DNA of 35,109 bases from a virus (taxonomy: Duplodnaviria; Caudoviricetes), in the IMG/VR virus record IMGVR_UViG_3300032212_000094, positions 1 through 35,109 of that record. One strand, 5' to 3'. The translations under genes and the position numbers were made by a program. The notes beneath the pieces are model-generated. The model saw only the letters and a program-made list of their open reading frames with translations. It did not search any database and had not been told where the DNA came from. This document shows positions 33,847-35,109 of the stretch, piece after piece (the stretch's first letter is position 1; every line of letters begins with the position of its first letter).

Positions 33847-35109
33847 ATGCCTATTAGCTTTAATTTAATTCCAGCGGCCTTGCGTATTCCTGGCGTTTAC
33901 ATCGAGTTCGATAACTCGCTGGCCAATAACGCGCTGCCAAACTTTAAACTGCTTGTAATGGGCCAGCGCCTTTCTACTGGCACCGTTGCCGAAGGCGTAC
34001 CAACACAAGTGACATCTGGAGAACAGGCTGAAACGTTCTTTGGTCGTGGTTCTATGTTGGCCGAACAAATCAAAGCCATTAAAGAAGCACAACAATTCTT
34101 TGATGTTTGGGCTATCGCGTTAGATGAAAACGGTGCAGGTGCAGAAGCTTCCGGCACAATCACTTTCACTGGCCCATCAACCGAAGCAGGTACGCTTAAC
34201 ATTTACATTGCCGGTAAACGCGTTCAAGTTGCGGTTGCCTCTGGTGACGCTGATACCGTTATTGCTGCAGCAGCGAATGCAGCAATTAACCTGGATACAT
34301 CGCTACCAGTTACCGCAACGGTATTGCTTGGTGTGGTAACACTCACCAGCAAATGGAAAGGCGAAACAGGTAACGACATCGATGTGCGCATGAATTACTA
34401 CGATGAAGAAACACCAGCCGGTGTTGGTGTTGCTATCGTTGCGCAAAGTGGTGGTACTGCAAACCCTGATGTGTCTACCGCTATCGCGGCAATGGCCGAT
34501 GAATGGTACAACTGGATGGTTATGCCGTTCACCGATGCTGCCAACTTGGTGCTACTGGAAACAGAGCTTGATGATCGCTTTGGCCCAATGCGCCAGATTG
34601 GTTGTCGTGCATTTGCAGCGCACCGTGGCAACCATGCATCAGCGGTTACGTTGGGTGATAGCCGTAACAATCCGCACGTTACGATCATGGGCACTAATGT
34701 TGCACCACAACCACCGTACATTTGGGCTTCGGTCAATGCGGTAACGGGCGCATTCAATCTTGCCAATGATCCTGCGCGGCCACTGCAAACATTGAAGCTG
34801 ATCGGCATCATGGCACCAGAGAAATCAATTCGCTGGACAGACAACGAACGTAACCTGTTGCTCTATGATGGCATCGCGACTTACAAGGTTGCCTCTGATG
34901 GTTCGGTGATGATTGAACGTCAAGCAACCACTTATCAGGTGAACTCATCAGATCTTCCGGATGACTCTTACCTTGATATTCAAGTGCCAGAAACACTGGA
35001 GCGCATTCGCTTCCGTCAGCGTCAACTGTTCTCGCAAAAGTTCCCTCGTCATAAATTGGCAGAAGACGATGCGCGCTTTGGTGCTGGCCAGGCAATGATG
35101 CAGCCTAAG
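33847..35109 (+). CDS. Tail sheath protein (Mu gpL-like), N-terminal part; continues at 144-350
   Basis: AAGGAG SD; MPISFNLIPAALRIPGVYIEFDNS, FGRGSML, KWKGETGNDI and DPARPLQTL motifs; open to the contig end. Confidence 0.93.
   Translation, partial: MPISFNLIPAALRIPGVYIEFDNSLANNALPNFKLLVMGQRLSTGTVAEGVPTQVTSGEQAETFFGRGSMLAEQIKAIKEAQQFFDVWAIALDENGAGAEASGTITFTGPSTEAGTLNIYIAGKRVQVAVASGDADTVIAAAANAAINLDTSLPVTATVLLGVVTLTSKWKGETGNDIDVRMNYYDEETPAGVGVAIVAQSGGTANPDVSTAIAAMADEWYNWMVMPFTDAANLVLLETELDDRFGPMRQIGCRAFAAHRGNHASAVTLGDSRNNPHVTIMGTNVAPQPPYIWASVNAVTGAFNLANDPARPLQTLKLIGIMAPEKSIRWTDNERNLLLYDGIATYKVASDGSVMIERQATTYQVNSSDLPDDSYLDIQVPETLERIRFRQRQLFSQKFPRHKLAEDDARFGAGQAMMQPK
34984..35109 (+). repeat. Terminal direct repeat copy 2
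   Basis: Identical to 18-143. Confidence 0.97.

Larger units (their letters stand above)
18..34983. mobile_element. Complete temperate phage genome in circular (excised/virion) form; lambda-like head, Mu-like contractile tail
   Basis: 126-bp terminal direct repeat closes the sheath gene in frame; full set of head, tail, integration, immunity and replication genes; intact attP; no host genes. Confidence 0.93.

Noticed and set aside
34984-35109. Biological terminal repeat of the virion
   Set aside because: Falls mid-gene in the sheath and looks like an assembly overlap; the gpA-type terminase and cos candidate point to ends near 23117

Overview
This window is an apparently complete temperate phage genome of about 34,966 bp, assembled as a circle: bases 18-143 are identical to 34984-35109, and the join falls inside the tail-sheath gene. 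It is a mosaic. The head and packaging module is lambda-like (cos site, Nu1/gpA terminase, lambda-family portal, fused prohead protease-major capsid gene). The contractile tail and baseplate are Mu-like (sheath, tube, gp41 with the Mu -2 frameshift site, tape measure, gpN, gp44-48, PAAR tip). It also has a lambdoid cI/cro switch with two three-operator arrays, a split TOPRIM primase plus VapE-type helicase followed by an iteron-rich origin, and a tyrosine integrase with an intact attP matching the 3' half of a tRNA-Arg(ACG). The most unusual observation is a capsid-decoration-like gene whose upstream in-frame start adds a Sec signal peptide and a cytochrome-c heme motif (CISCHGDGG); the adjacent gene ends in a MinD-like membrane-targeting helix. 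Other notable features are a four-copy late-promoter motif, lysis-type genes scattered across operons (early-operon M15 endolysin, class-3 lipase after the tail fibre), a GrlR-like moron and a Panacea/DUF4065-membrane protein pair flanking attP, and an orphan Cys-rich ParB. All product calls come from motif recognition and synteny; no database search was run.
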